Shown here: positions 27,720 through 41,600 of the stretch, piece after piece
How the letters are laid out: each line of letters starts with the position of its first letter
Position numbering within the stretch: the first letter of the stretch is position 1
From: Eledone cirrhosa
Taxonomy: Eukaryota
Assembly (NCBI GenBank): GCA_964016885.1
Contig: OZ024743.1
Span: 241,428,001-241,492,000 of the forward strand
Length of the DNA: 64,000 nt
Reading direction: 5' to 3'
Made by a program: the position numbers and the translations under genes
The notes under the pieces: generated by a model
What the model was told of the DNA's origin: nothing
Databases searched by the model: none
The model's input: only the letters and a program-made list of their open reading frames with translations

Positions 27720-28237
27720 TAAATGTTGAGGTAAAAACTCATAAATGTCCCCCATAATCAAATTAGCTCAAGGAAAGAAATTTCCGACCTTTTTATATCC
27801 CTTATGATTTGAATACACATATACATATATACATATATGTATTCTTCTCTCTTTAGTTTGTTATAAAAAGCTCAGAAAATGCTTTCCTTGAGCTCCTATA
27901 CTTTTGTTGTACTATTTTTTTAGCCGCAGTGCGTTCTGTTGCTACTGTCCTACACGCGATACCCATGTGCTATTCCTCTTTTAACACATGTGCGTATTAT
28001 AGTCTTCTAAGAAATTTAGTAGAGAGGATTGTATTGGTCGAGCATCCATTGATAAGCAATCGAACCAATGTGTCTCTTCACTGAATTGCGAAACAGATCT
28101 ACCACAAAGCTGTCTGGATGTTGAAAGCTATCACAGTCGGTTTGTATATCTTAATCTATCCTTTTAATGGAGTTCTATGAATCGCTATATCTATATTTAA
28201 TACATCTCTATCTATCTATCTATTTATCTATCTATCT

Positions 28238-28343
<106 letters not shown>

Positions 28344-29173
28344 TCAGCGAGAATCGCATTTCGGCGGGTAGAAAAAGCGAAACGAAACGCAAAATCAGAG
28401 TTATGCTGGCAAGTGCTCTATAGTTTAAAAAACCGGAGCTAAACATATATGTTAAAACGCCATACAAACTGAAAAAGTGGTCAAGAAGGCATTAACCACC
28501 TAAGCCAAAAAACAAGTCAAGCTAAACAGGTCAAACAAAATAAATGATAAAATCATATATATATACATATACACATATATAACCGACCAGAACCCATTGG
28601 AATTGATGGTAAAATCCAAATGCAGAGTTTATATGACACCTAAATGAATAGTGTCTGCTTAAAACTATAAGCTTTTGGTATAATGATCGAACAAGGAATA
28701 TCACGTTATCAACATATATTTTGTTCTGCGCCAACTTTGTGAATGACCCAGAGCCTTGTAACTCACAAGGGGAAAAACCCAGATTTTGGCAAATGAATTC
28801 AGTATGTGTAAATCATGCAAAAAATTGCGTAAATAGCACAAATCGAATAAGCACTCAACCGAGTAGTTTTAAAATAAACTTATGCAATTAATGTGTCAAT
28901 AGAATTATTAACAGGCTAATTGTATTAACAGGTTAATATATATATATATATATAAAATGAAGACATGGAAAAAACGACAAACAAATACAAGCCATCTCCT
29001 GGAAATAGAAATTCGTACGTTAGTGTGGGATTATATTATTATTACTACGTTGTACAGTGGTTTAATTATGTTTTAACCAAACAGAAAATAAACAGTACAC
29101 CTAAATACAAACAAGTATTTCTAAGTGAACAGCATTCAAATATGTCTACTCACCATATGAATAGACAACAGTG

Positions 29174-29240
<67 letters not shown>

Positions 29241-29939
29241 TTGTATATATATTATATATATATATGTATATATAATTAACCTGACACCGTAATGTTGTCT
29301 CCTTCTCTCGGCCCTTGTAGCAATAAAAAAGCAAACACCATAGATCGTTCTAATTAGTTCCTGTATACTCTCAGTAAATAAAATGCCAGACCAGTAGTGA
29401 AGTTGGTTCTTTCTTTATCTCTTTTCATCACTTTCTCTTTCTCGTCTTTAAGAAATCGGTTGTGTTACGACCTGGAGAAGAAGATTGCTAGGCGAGATTT
29501 ATAATTCCCAAGACACGCCGTGTGTCAAGACTGCACCCCTGCGACTCCACCAAGAATTAAATGATTATTACTTTTTTATTTACTCACACCGAATAAATCA
29601 CTCGATTGACTGAATTAAGATGTGCTTTGCAAGACACATGTATGTATCTAGTTATCATATATGACGTTCCTATTATTTGTTTCTAAAATATATTTCCTAG
29701 TAGAGATAAATAAACCTATTCTCTCTACCTCAATAATATATTTTTTTTCGCATGACTTCCAAGAAGTAGCAATCAAATCTTCCCTCCCTTGTAAAGATCA
29801 ATTGTATTACAGTCTTTAAAATTAAAATAAAGATACGTAACATTAAATAATGTAGTCCTCCATACTCATAAAAACAATAGGATGGGGTCACAATTGTAAT
29901 GTCTTTGATCATTGGTCCATATCGTGACAACTGGCCCAA

Positions 29940-30180
29940 ATCTAAACAACAACGACGACAAAAACGACAACGACGAAGACGACGCCGATGACAACTACGA
30001 CAAAGATGAAGAAAATGATGAGCGACAACAACAACAACAACAACAACAACAATGACAACGACAACGACAACAACAACAATGACAACAACAACTGCAACGA
30101 TGATGGCAACGACAGTAATGACAACAATTACAATAACTACAACAACGACGACAATATCGATGACAATAACGATGACAATA
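29940..30180. repeat. (AAC/GAC)n low-complexity tract adjoining a SINE tail
   Basis: Direct reading. Confidence 0.85.
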
Positions 30181-30182
30181 AT

Positions 30183-30398
30183 TGTTTCAGATTTAGGCAC
30201 AAGGCCAACAATTTTGGGGGAGGGGAAAGTCGAATAAATCGACCCCAGTGCATTACTGGTACTTTATTTTATCAACCACGTAAGGATGAAAGGCAAAGCT
30301 AACCTCGGCGGGATTTGAACTCAGAAGGTAAAGTGCTATAACTCTATGCTGCAAAGCATGGCGTCTGACGCTCTACCGATACTGCCAATCCACCGCCC
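30183..30398 (-). mobile_element. tRNA-derived SINE
   Basis: Full head to GGCCTTGTGCCTAAATCTGAAAC tail. Confidence 0.85.
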
Positions 30399-31231
30399 TC
30401 CAAACGATGACAATAATGACAACATAGGGCACTGGTACCTATTGGTATACAAGGTGAAATAGATTGTTCCTACTCTGAAAAGGACTTCTATCGATTACGA
30501 CGATGATTGTTCCATTCGTTCAAACAACCGAACAGCCTGCTTATAAAATTAAAGTACACGTAGCAGTGCATTCCACAAATACGCGCATCCATAACGTAAT
30601 TTTCCGTGAGATTCGGTGAGACATGGTGTATGACATGGTTGGTCCTTTGAAGGTACAGTCCATTCGACGGGCTTCCAAACAGTTTCTCTCTGCTCAATTT
30701 CACTTACAATGCATGGGTGATTCGAGGCTATGGTAAATGGTACTTGCCCAAGATGCCAAGCAGTTAGATCGACCCAGGAACGTAATAATTACCAAACATA
30801 CTCTATAACTATTTGGCTATGATGCGTTTAGAGTACATACGTACAGACAAGTGTACCAGACTAATTGAAAGTTAAATGCATTGACTAGGGACAGATTGTC
30901 GTAGAACGAGAGAGGATACGTATCACAAATTTCTCGACTGGGTGGAATGCTGGCTGTCGGTTTGAATGACAGGCTGGCTGGCTGACTGACCAGCAGACTT
31001 GTTGACTGACTGGCTGGCCGGCTAGCTGGCTGGCTGTCTGGCTGGGTTTCTGATTGAGAGACTAGTTTGCAGACTGGTTGGACATCTGGTTGGCTGGCTG
31101 GGTGACTGGATGAATGGGTGGCTGGATAGATGGATGTATGGGTGGCAGGCTGGCTTTCTATTAATTAATCGATAAATCCACCTCAGCTCTCTGTACAGAA
31201 ATAAATATTTTCTGATTCACGATGTACGTCA

Positions 31232-31293
31232 TAGGGTTAGGGTTAGGGTTAGGGTTAGGGTTAGGGTTAGGGTTAGGGTTAGGGTTAGGGTTA
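31232..31293 (+). repeat. Interstitial telomeric repeat, ~10 x TTAGGG
   Basis: Perfect TTAGGG run. Confidence 0.95.
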
Positions 31294-31615
31294 AGGAAAT
31301 TGCACGTGGAACATAGCATTGCTGCACTTAAACATGACAGGGATGTGACGGCCTTACAAGGAATATTTTTTTCCTGTATCACTGTAATTGGTATGTGGTA
31401 TGTATACGTGTGTGTATACAATTGTGTATACATGTGTGTATGCATCAGTGTATGAACATCTGTATTTTCATTAACGTGTGTATGTGTGTACCGTGTATGT
31501 GTGTACTGTGTATAATTATGTGTGTGTACACGTGAAACAATAAGTAAATAAGTATATGTATATACTTATTTACTTAATGTTACACGTATATACGTATATA
31601 TGTATACACACACAT

Positions 31616-31681
<66 letters not shown>

Positions 31682-32339
31682 CTATACATATATACATACA
31701 TATATAAATACATACATACTTACATAGATACATACACATACATGCATGCATACATACATACATACATACATACATACATACATACATACATGCATACATG
31801 CATACATACATACATACATGCATACATACATACATACATACATACATACATACATACATACATACATACATACATACATAGCATATCTGTGTGTGTGTGG
31901 ATATGTGTGTGTCGGCTGTATCAAAGAAGTCATGTGATGATTGACGTAGGAGTTGAAGCTAGCTGGTTGGCTGCTTCAAGTGACAATAATATTTTGCATG
32001 GTAACGATACAATTAAGCAGTGCATTTGAACGGCTAGTTAGCTGTGAGCTGCCTCAAGCATTGTCATTGCACCAATTAAAAAAGCGGCTTGCACATAAAC
32101 TGTATACGTGACAACGAAACCTATATAGCTAATTACTCATCGTTGCACACTTGCAGAACGGTTGTATTGCAATCAATGACAGTGTTGCTGCATTTATCAC
32201 TGGCAGTGTTTGTTACTGTAACTGCATCATTATATTGCATCGTTTTCTGCTGCACTGATTGCAAAATCTGCAGAATACAGGTAATGTCTTTAAATAGATG
32301 GGAGACTAGGAAATAAATGACTGGTTGTTTACTTGTGAT

Positions 32340-33750
32340 GCTCGGATGGTTAAATGGATTGATAGATAGATGGATGGTGGTGTTGGTGGTGGTGGTGGTG
32401 GTGGATAGATCTGTGGTGGTGATGGTAATGGATAGGTCTCGGGTTGGTGTGGTGTTGATGGTGGTAGCTGGATGGTGATGGCTAAATAGATGGATGGATG
32501 GTGGTGGTGGTGGATAGGTCTGTGGTTGGTGTGGTGTTGATGGTGGTATTGATGGTGTGGTGTTAATGGTGGTAGATGGATAGTGATGGCTAAATGGATT
32601 GATGGATGGTGGTGGTGGTGGATAGGTCTGTGGTTGGTGTGGTGTTGATGGTGGTATTGATGGTGTGGTGTTGATGGTGGTAGCTGGATGGTGATGGCTA
32701 AATAGATGGATGGATGGTGGTGGTGGTGGATAGGTCTGTGGTTGGTGTGGTGTTGATGGTGGTATTGATGGTGTGGTGGTGATGGTGGTAGCTGGATGGT
32801 GATGGCTAAATAGATGGATGGATGGTGGTGGTGGTGGATAGGTCTGTGGTTGGTGTGGTGTTGATGGTGGTATTGAAGGTGTGGTGGTGATGGTGGTAGC
32901 TGGATGGTGATGGCTAAATAGATGGATGGATGGTGGTGGTGGTGGTGGATAGGTCTGTGGTTGGTGTGGTGTTGATGGTGGTATTGAAGGTGTGGTGGTG
33001 ATGGTGGTAGCTGGATGGTGATGGCTAAATAGATGGATGGATGGTGGTGGTGGTGGTGGATAGGTCTGTGGTTGGTGTGGTGTTGATGGTGGTATTGATG
33101 GTGTGGTGTTGATGGTGGTAGCTGGATGGTGATGGCTAAATAGATGGATGGATGGTGGTGGTGGTGGTGGATAGGTCTGTGGTTGGTGTGGTGTTGATGG
33201 TGGTATTGATGGTGTGGTGTTGATGGTGGTAGCTGGATGGTGATGGCTAAATAGATGGATGGATGGTGGTGGTGGTGGATAGGTCTGTGGTTGGTGTGGT
33301 GTTGATGGTGGTATTGATGGTGTGGTGTTGATGGTGGTAGCTGGATGGTGATGGCTAAATAGATGGATGGATGGTGGTGGTGGTGGATAGGTTTGTGGTT
33401 GGTGTGGTGTTGATGGTGGTAGATGGATAGTGATGGCTAAATGGATTGATGGATGTATGGTGGTAATGGTGATGGGTAAGTGGTAGTTGTTGTGATGTCG
33501 GTGTTGGTATGGGTGGTGGTAGCTGGATGGATGGATAGTGGTGGTGCTGGTGGTAGTAGATGGGTGGATGGATGGAGGTGGTGGTGGTGGTAGTAGATGG
33601 ATGGATGACGGTGGTGGTGGTGGTGGTGTTGTGGTGTTGTGGTGTTAGTATTGGTAGTGGTAGCTGGATGGATGGGTGGTGGTGGTAGTGGTTGTGGTAA
33701 TGGTGGTGTTGAAGATGTTATAGGTGGTACCGGTGGCAGTGGTGTGGTTG
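32340..33750. repeat. 108-111-bp minisatellite (about 9 units, 32450-33450) within GGT/GGAT low complexity
   Basis: GATGGCTAAA recurs at 32801 and 32909; a related degenerate monomer lies at ~13520-13790. Confidence 0.9.
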
Positions 33751-33769
33751 GTGAGTGGTGAGGTTTCGT

Positions 33770-34272
33770 GGGGTTTTAAACGTCAGCGCCTCTGGAGCCA
33801 CATGCGATTCTTTAGCCTATCTTGTGTATCTTTTAGTTGCTTGCATTTCTTATTCTTTTAATTTTGGACTGCATTTACCTCTATTTTGTATCTATTACCG
33901 TCTTGATAAAACTTGGATTGGGGAGAAATTACTGGTTTTGTGCTTTACAAGTATTTGTTGTTTTAGGCATTTCTTAGTTTGAGTGATTTCCCTTTCGCTT
34001 ATATTATATTTCTTTAATGCTTTTATCTTCTCTTTTCCTAGTTGCGTGGTTTTCTTTCTGTATCAGATTGACAACTTTGCTTTCTATATTCTATCTTTTT
34101 TTTGGTATGTTTGATTTCCATGTTTGTGTAGGTTTCGCTATTCATGATTGTGCATGTCTAAAGTGATACTTTGTTTTGTAATAACAATGGCCGTTGCATA
34201 TATTATGTTATCTTTACTTGTGATACTAATGTTTCTCGTTATGTTAATTAAGTCTATGATGGGCACGTTAAC

Positions 34273-34321
<49 letters not shown>

Positions 34322-35270
34322 TATTGCTATTTCTCCATCATTCTTTGGGGTGAATTCTTTCGTCCATAGGAATATCTATTGTTTGGATTCTTGGATTATT
34401 TGTATTTTATCATATTGTGGTCCTGAATTCCGTCTTCAGGGTATATTTTGCCTATATCTTCCTCCACACATTTCTTTCCATTTTTGGCTGTTATGCCGAA
34501 TCCTTTATGTTGGTCAGTATTCTGTACGTCTTTTAGAATTGCGGCCTTGAATTCTTTACTTTATCTCTTTTGGTTGTGTTGGTTCTGTCTTCATGGTTTC
34601 AATTTTCAATACTTTTCATGCTCGTTAGTTGTTTTGTGTTCGTTATTTGTTCTTTTAGATGCTCTATTTCAATTTCTGATATCTTTTTGGCTTTTAATAT
34701 GTATCGTGTTTTTCTTATGTTCCCTAGTTTGTTGGGGGTCAAGTTTCACATCATAGTGTGGGTTATTTTACTCCAAGATTCATGTCTTCGTATTTGTATT
34801 CACTTTCTGAAGAGTTATACAGTCTTTATTTGTTTTATTTTTAGTATTTGTTGAGTTTGTCAGTGATTGTTTTGTCTTTTTATTCATATTTGGTAGCACA
34901 CGTGTGTTTTCATAGTATGAACATTTGTAATACACCAACAATCAATACATTCTATAAGTGTTGCATTGATGCATCTGTTTTCGTTATTTTTTTCCTCTCC
35001 ATTGTCGAGGCTTAATCGTTATTAAGCTCCCCACGTGCTGTATCTACTTTTTCAACTGGATGCACTTTTCGCAATGTCAACAAAGGTATTTATGATAGAG
35101 ACACGCCATACGCAAAATGCACTTTTCGTAGGATTCGTTGGTTCTTGTCTAGTATATTATTTTTGGTATTCTGGTTAGATTTCCTTTTGTTTTGACAATG
35201 TTAATGGATTAGTTTCAAATCTTACGGGGATCGTTGTTATAGACGTCAATGATGTTATTCAGCACGAACA
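33770..35270 (-). pseudogene. Possible highly decayed PLE RT/GIY-YIG
   Basis: Minus-strand scraps KVDTARG and KCVEEDIGK...IQDH in the order expected for GTAMG and C..YIG...EH; weak. Confidence 0.3.
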
Positions 35271-35320
35271 TCTTCTTCTTCTTCTTCTTATTATTATTAT
35301 TATTATTATTATCATTATTG

Positions 35321-36650
35321 TTCTTTGAGTCTCAGTCATTAATGTTAGTTAACTGGAAAGTTTGTTGAAATGAATATCAAGCCACTACCTGCAGCCTCAG
35401 ATATTCAGGACGTATCGGAGGGTTCTTGCTGTTCCCAGCAAGCATGCCATTTGAAGCGTTCCAAAAAGCGTGGCGGGGCCAATTTTCTTTAACCATCCCT
35501 GGAAACTTTTTGAGATAGTACCTAGTGCGCCTATGACAATCGGGACCACTTTGACTTCATGGCAGTTCCAAATCCTTTTTACCTCCCAATTTAAGTCCTG
35601 GTAACGGTTAATTTTCTCCCTCTGCTTCTATTGCACTCTCGTGTCGAATGGGCAGGCCACATTCACAATCAGGCACGATCATTTTTCCTTGTCCAAAACC
35701 ACCAGGTCAGGCCTATTGTGTTCCAGTTTCTTGTCCGTCTGTATCCTAAAATCCCATAGCACCTTCACCTGATCGTTTTCTATCACCGACTCTGGCTTAT
35801 GCTCATACCACTTCTCAGAATGTGGTAAATTGTTTACTTTGCATAGGTGCCAGTGGATCAACCTGCCCATTACATCATGTCTCCAGCCCTTAGAGGTGCT
35901 TACACTCGGATACAATGTGAACCACAGTCTCCTCTCTATCTCCACAGATCCTACACAGTGGGCTAGCCTCCTCCTTGTAAATATGGTGTTTCAACAACTT
36001 CGTTCTGGGGGCCTGCTCTTGCGCAGCCATTAGCATTCCTTCTGTAGCCTTTTTAAGGTCTCCTCTTTTTAACGAGTTCCATGTCTGTGGATCTCTAAAT
36101 TCAGTTTTCTCAAACAAGGTACTATGAAGGGATTTTTCATGAAGACTGCTCTTTCTCCTTGTTATTTCCTCCTTGGACATCCCCTGGTCTATTGTCCTCT
36201 CCTTCAGTACAATTCTGAGCATTGGCTCCTTACTATGAGTCAGGTATTTGTGTAGGTTGTTTTTCTCCATCTGAACACTCCTCTATGCTGATAAGACCTC
36301 TTCCACCTTCAGATCTCCTTAAGTAGAGTCTATCGACATCACTCCTCTTGTGGAACATGTTGTAGATAGTCAATAGCTTCCTAGTCTTCCTATCCGTTTC
36401 TTTTTGTTCAGCAACATTCCATCTCAGAATTCCTGCACTGTACCTAATAATAGACACAGCTCGGGAATTTACTGCACTTATGGCATTCCTACTGTTCAGA
36501 TGTGACTTTAATACGCTCCTTACTCTCCGAATGTATTCAGATCTTATCATTTCCTTCATTTTTTTTGTTCTTGATGTCATCAGCCTCCAGAACACCCACA
36601 TACTTGTATCCTCCTTCAGTATCAATTTCCTTTATCATCTCACCTGTTGG
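35321..36650 (-). mobile_element. 5'-truncated Dong/R4-clade non-LTR retrotransposon (RT thumb, CCHC knuckle, restriction-like endonuclease), frameshifted
   Basis: RLYLRRSEGGRGL; CRICGDREETVVHIVSEC; RHD...LWDFRIQTD...NRPDLVV; VVPIVIGALG...LLGTARTLR; 3' end abuts (TAA)n. Confidence 0.9.
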
Positions 36651-36747
36651 TACTCAATTTACCCCTCTTCATCACAAGGACTCCACACATCCAGTTGTAT
36701 TCAGTTGGGGTTTTGTGCCCAATATTTATTTTAAACAAAAAAACAAC

Positions 36748-38427
36748 ATGGCTACGAAAAAGAATTTTCATAGGTCACTCCCACTCATTCCGCCTTCTTC
36801 TTCCTCAATCGTCACTACAGCAGAGAGAAGATTGTCTCTCTCCCTCCCTTCTCTTTCGCAAGCGACGCCAGAAAAGAAAAATCACGTGCAAAGCGAGCAA
36901 GATTTCTCCACGACGACGATGACAACGACGAAAAAGGTGTGCGGGAAATACGAAAACCCATTTCATTCGTCTGACGTCAGAAATAATAGCAGTAGCAGCC
37001 GTAATAACAGCAGCAACAGTTACAAGGAAAACAACAGTAGCAGCTGCAACAGCATCAGCGGCAGCATAAACAACAACAGCATTAGCAGCAACAACAACAA
37101 CAACCACAGCAACAGCGGCGGCGGCAGTAGTCGTAGTACCTGCAGCAACAACAAAAGTAACAGCGGCTCTGACGACAACAACAACAGCAGCATAGAAAAA
37201 CCAATCTCGTTTGCAGGTGTCGCAAAGAACCTGGAAACCATCCTCATAACAAATGAGGAATTAGAGGAAGCGAAGAAGATGGTAACAAAGAATGGACACC
37301 GAGCAGTCTGCAAGGCAGCGGAAAATTTTTTCGAAACCCAACAGCACTGTACGGTCACGTACCGTACAGTAAGTACAAAATCCCGTAGGGTTGAAAGAGC
37401 CACAGAGGTTCAAATACAAAAAGCCTTGGGGTCTGTGTGGCAGCGGAAAACGCACATCACCCGAGGCAAGAAATATTCCACCATAGACGGACTTTTTGCC
37501 ACACCCCAGGAGGTAAAGACTCAATCCTTAGTGACCCTAAGGAGCGAGGAAATGGTGTTGGTGTCCTCCTACTGCGGGCAAAAAATTGTGAGGGTCAAAC
37601 TGACCCACGTCCCCCCCGGGATGACCACTTCTTGGCTGGCCGCGTCTGTCCTCGTCGGAATCGAGGACAAAACAACTGTACTGCAAGTACAGAAAAAAGT
37701 AAGAGAAGATTGGGTCGGCACCTCCATTGAGGTCCGCCAAGGATGTCCCCTCTCGTCCCTATTGTACATATTGACTCTCGAGCCATTACTGCACAAACTG
37801 GAGACGTTGAGGGGGGTCCCGCGTGAACTAGGATGCGAAAGATCCGTGTCAGCATATGCGGACGATGTCACCGTAGTGGTGTCGAACGCCAAACACATCG
37901 AGGCGATCGGCACTACACTAAGAGAATACGAAGCGGTGACAGGAGCAATGATCAACCAGGAAAAGTCAGTGGGCCTGCAGCTCGGCACCTGGAGAGGCAG
38001 GTCCATGCAGTCCAACAGCGTCGTCGAGCGCTGGACGGAGGAACCGGTAAAATTGCTAGGGGTCTGGTTCTGTCCGGACCTCCAGACGGACAAAAACTGG
38101 GACGAGGTGACGAGCAGGGTGGCTTCTCTCACCCAGAAATGGGCGGAGAGGAAGCTACCCCTGAAAGGTCGAGCGGAGGTGGCTAACGCGTACATCGCGT
38201 CTGTCATCTGCTACCGCCTGACCGTCGTACCTTGTCCTAAGCCTCGCCTGACTGCGCTGGAGCGTTTGCTCTTTCGCTTTTTGTGGAAGGGACGTGCTCC
38301 GATGGTCAGGCGGTCCATCTGTTGTCAACACCCGCTACGTGGAGGGCTGGGCATGCCGTGGCTGATGATGCGCAGGCACGCGCTCAGGCTACGACATCTC
38401 CACCTCTTCCTCGACGGTGATCAATAA
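36748..38427 (+). CDS. Internally deleted L1/Tx1 copy: in-frame ORF1-partial RT fusion, 559 aa
   Basis: ORF1 (as at 44787) joined at 37731/37732 to VRQGCPLS...AYADD...GGLG; no stops; lacks APE and N-terminal RT motifs. Confidence 0.75.
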   Translation: MATKKNFHRSLPLIPPSSSSIVTTAERRLSLSLPSLSQATPEKKNHVQSEQDFSTTTMTTTKKVCGKYENPFHSSDVRNNSSSSRNNSSNSYKENNSSSCNSISGSINNNSISSNNNNNHSNSGGGSSRSTCSNNKSNSGSDDNNNSSIEKPISFAGVAKNLETILITNEELEEAKKMVTKNGHRAVCKAAENFFETQQHCTVTYRTVSTKSRRVERATEVQIQKALGSVWQRKTHITRGKKYSTIDGLFATPQEVKTQSLVTLRSEEMVLVSSYCGQKIVRVKLTHVPPGMTTSWLAASVLVGIEDKTTVLQVQKKVREDWVGTSIEVRQGCPLSSLLYILTLEPLLHKLETLRGVPRELGCERSVSAYADDVTVVVSNAKHIEAIGTTLREYEAVTGAMINQEKSVGLQLGTWRGRSMQSNSVVERWTEEPVKLLGVWFCPDLQTDKNWDEVTSRVASLTQKWAERKLPLKGRAEVANAYIASVICYRLTVVPCPKPRLTALERLLFRFLWKGRAPMVRRSICCQHPLRGGLGMPWLMMRRHALRLRHLHLFLDGDQ

Positions 38428-38434
38428 ATGAAAT

Positions 38435-38538
38435 CATCCTGCCGAGGTTAACTTTACCTTTCATCCTTGTGGGGTTGATTCAATAAAGTACCAGTAATAC
38501 TCTGGTTAATTGCTGGCCTTGTGCCAAAAGTAGAAACA

Positions 38539-38628
<90 letters not shown>
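38435..38628 (+). mobile_element. SINE 3' half with long (TTA)n tail
   Basis: GCCGAGGTTAACTTTACCTTTCATCC...GGCCTTGTGCCAAAAGTAGAAAC then ~29 TTA. Confidence 0.8.
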
Positions 38629-41600
38629 GGCGAACGTCGTAGGAAATCGTATTATCGTGAGCTCTGCAAAGGTTTGTTGTTTTCAGTTGTTGCAAATTGC
38701 CATTTATGGAAAAATTTTAATGTTAAGTGTTTATAAGGTCACATAATTTTCTTTCGGAAAAGGACACTCAAAAAGATTGGGGCCTTGAGCCCAACATTTT
38801 AAACTTTTATAATTATCAAACAAAAATTAGTTTGAAAAAAACATGGACGACTCATAGCTACACCAGGCTGACAGCCTTCCTCACAAACTAACACCTCACA
38901 CCAACACCACCATTGTATATATTATTACGTTTGCCAACACTAAAAATATAAGCAGTAGCAATAAATAAATTTGTCTCATGCAGACATTCATTTCCCGCCA
39001 TTACCAACGACTGCAGGTGGTGAAGCCGCCACGCACACCACCACCACAGCGACAACGGAAACAACAACAAAAAATTATCTCGCGCCAAAGCAGCCAAAAA
39101 ATGCGAAACAATCCAGGTAACTCAGGAGGAATTAGATGAAGCCAAGAGAATGGTAAAGAATCATGGGTACAGGGTCAGACCCCCCCCCACACACACACCT
39201 AATAAAATTGTGCATCGGCGCCTATGCACCGTGTCTTATCGGACGATTACCATAAAATCGCGCCGAGTGGAACGGGCATCCGAGTACCAAATCAAAAAAG
39301 CTTTGGGACATGTGTGGGCAAAAAAACCTCACATCAGACGTGGGCAGAAATATGGAATCGTGAACGTGTTCTTTGGAACACTACAGGAGGCGACAGAGCA
39401 CTCCATGGCCCCATTAAGAAGCGACCACTTCACACTCGTCCCAAGCTATTGTGGCCAGAGACTCGTAAAGATCAGGGTGATCCACGTTCCACCGGCCATC
39501 GAAATTCCCTGGCTAAGGGCTGCCGTCCTCGCGGGCATCGAAGCCAACACCAAGATAATCGAAATAGCGAAAGAAAAGCAGGAGAACTGGTCCGGATCTG
39601 GAATGGAGCTCCTGATCCAAGCGGACCAAAAAAGCATTGAGGAAATCCCAGAGGTAATAGACCTCATTGACGGCAGCCACGTCACCGTAATCGTCGAGGG
39701 TAGAAGGCCTAGGTGTGTCGTTTGTGGTGAAGGAACCCACTAAAAGGCTTTCTGCCCTCAGGCTAAAAAGTTGAGGCCACCTCTCTTACTCACCCCAGTG
39801 ACTCAACCATCAACACCACCAGCAGCAGAAATGGCAGCAACAACTGTAGCAGCAACAGCAGAAGCAAGAAGCAACTGAAGCAGCAACAACGCCAGCAACA
39901 GTAGCAAAACCAACACCACCACCACACACCACGCCAGAACTAGCACCAGCCCCTCCACCATCCACCACGCCACAACCAAAACCAACGCCTGTAGAGGACT
40001 TTCCACTCCCCGACCTATCGCAACTGGAGACAGATTGTGACGACGAGGAGTGGGAAACTGTATCAGGAAAAAAGAAAAAAAGAAAAAGAGGCCAAAAAAG
40101 AAAAAAATCCTCTTCCTTACCCCTCCAAAAACAATACAGAGGGAAACAAATAAACTATCAAACAAAAAAGTTAGGACAGCTATGCTACCATCCACACCAG
40201 CATCACCAACCCCATCACCACAAACACCAACACCATCACCATCATTAACCCCCAAACCCCCATCACCAGCACCACAAAAGTCACCAAAAAGCGAAACAGA
40301 AACAAACCCACAATAAACGCAAACAAAACAAAACAACCAAAACGATACACACTACACAGCATTACATTTGAACAACAACCAATTATTACACTACATCCAA
40401 CACAACACCAGCATCACAGAAAAAGACTACACAACACCCCAAAAGTTCACACCACCTCCACACATACAAGTCACTCGCATAATACAGAAAACGTACACGA
40501 CACTAAAACAAAAATTCCCCAAAGTCATCGGAGATTTCCGAAAAGCACTCTCCAGGAGGATTTATAAGGACATCCTTCTGGAGAAGGCCACAAGCAGTGA
40601 AAAGGATGGAGAAACCATCCTTCCTCTACGAGAAGTAAGGTAAGTGGTCTTTCCCATATTTTCCACTCCTTTTTAACATGACCTCACTCAGAATAGGCAG
40701 CATAAATGCGCGTGGCTTGGGGTCGTCATGGAAGCAGGGCCACCTGCTCAACGACCTCAGATCACTAAACATAGATGTAGTGGCCATTAGCGAGACCAGA
40801 ATCTCCGAAGCATGGGCCTTCGCACCGATCTTCGGCGGCTACGATGTGTACGTATATCCCAGCCATCATGGATCGGGGGGTGGAGTAGCTGTGCTTTTTA
40901 GGACATGTTTGGATCTCGCCATACGGGCCATCTTCCTGGACGCAGAAAGTAAGTTGGTGGTGCTGGACGTGACAAGCGGAGGCGGGCAAGCTTTAAGGCT
41001 AGTGCCGTCTATGCCCCGACAGGAGCAGGGCGGCCTGATTCCTTCCGGCGTCTGGAGACCTTTCTTGGAACGTTCCGCTCTTTAGAGTCAGTGGGCGACT
41101 GGAACGGGATCTTAGATGCACGCTGGGACTGTGTGGGATTAGTGGATAGGGGAGGAGGGTGCAAGAGCCTCACCAACTTTCTCAGACGTTTTGAACTGTC
41201 TGACAGGTACGGATTGGATTTCCCGAATGTGCCCATGTGGACTTGGACAAACCGCATAGGGTCATCCAGATCATATCTAGATAGAGTATTTTGTAGGGAA
41301 ATAGATAGGTCTAGCATAGGCTGTCCACAATTCAAGATAGGCAGCTACACGGACCACAAATGCCTGATCTGTGTGGTTGACTTAGATAGGCGTCATAGAC
41401 AAGGACCCGGCTACTGGAAGCTAAACGCGTCCTTACCAGCATGCAAGGGCAACAGAGACCGGATTAGCGAACTAGTTAAGCGGGCGTTGACGGGGGCCAT
41501 CGTCAACAACAAGGGGTTGTTTGCTCTGAAAAGAGCGATTAGAATAGAGTCCGTTAGGTTTAGTAAGGCTTTAGCAATAGAGAAAAAATAGAGCAGAGGG

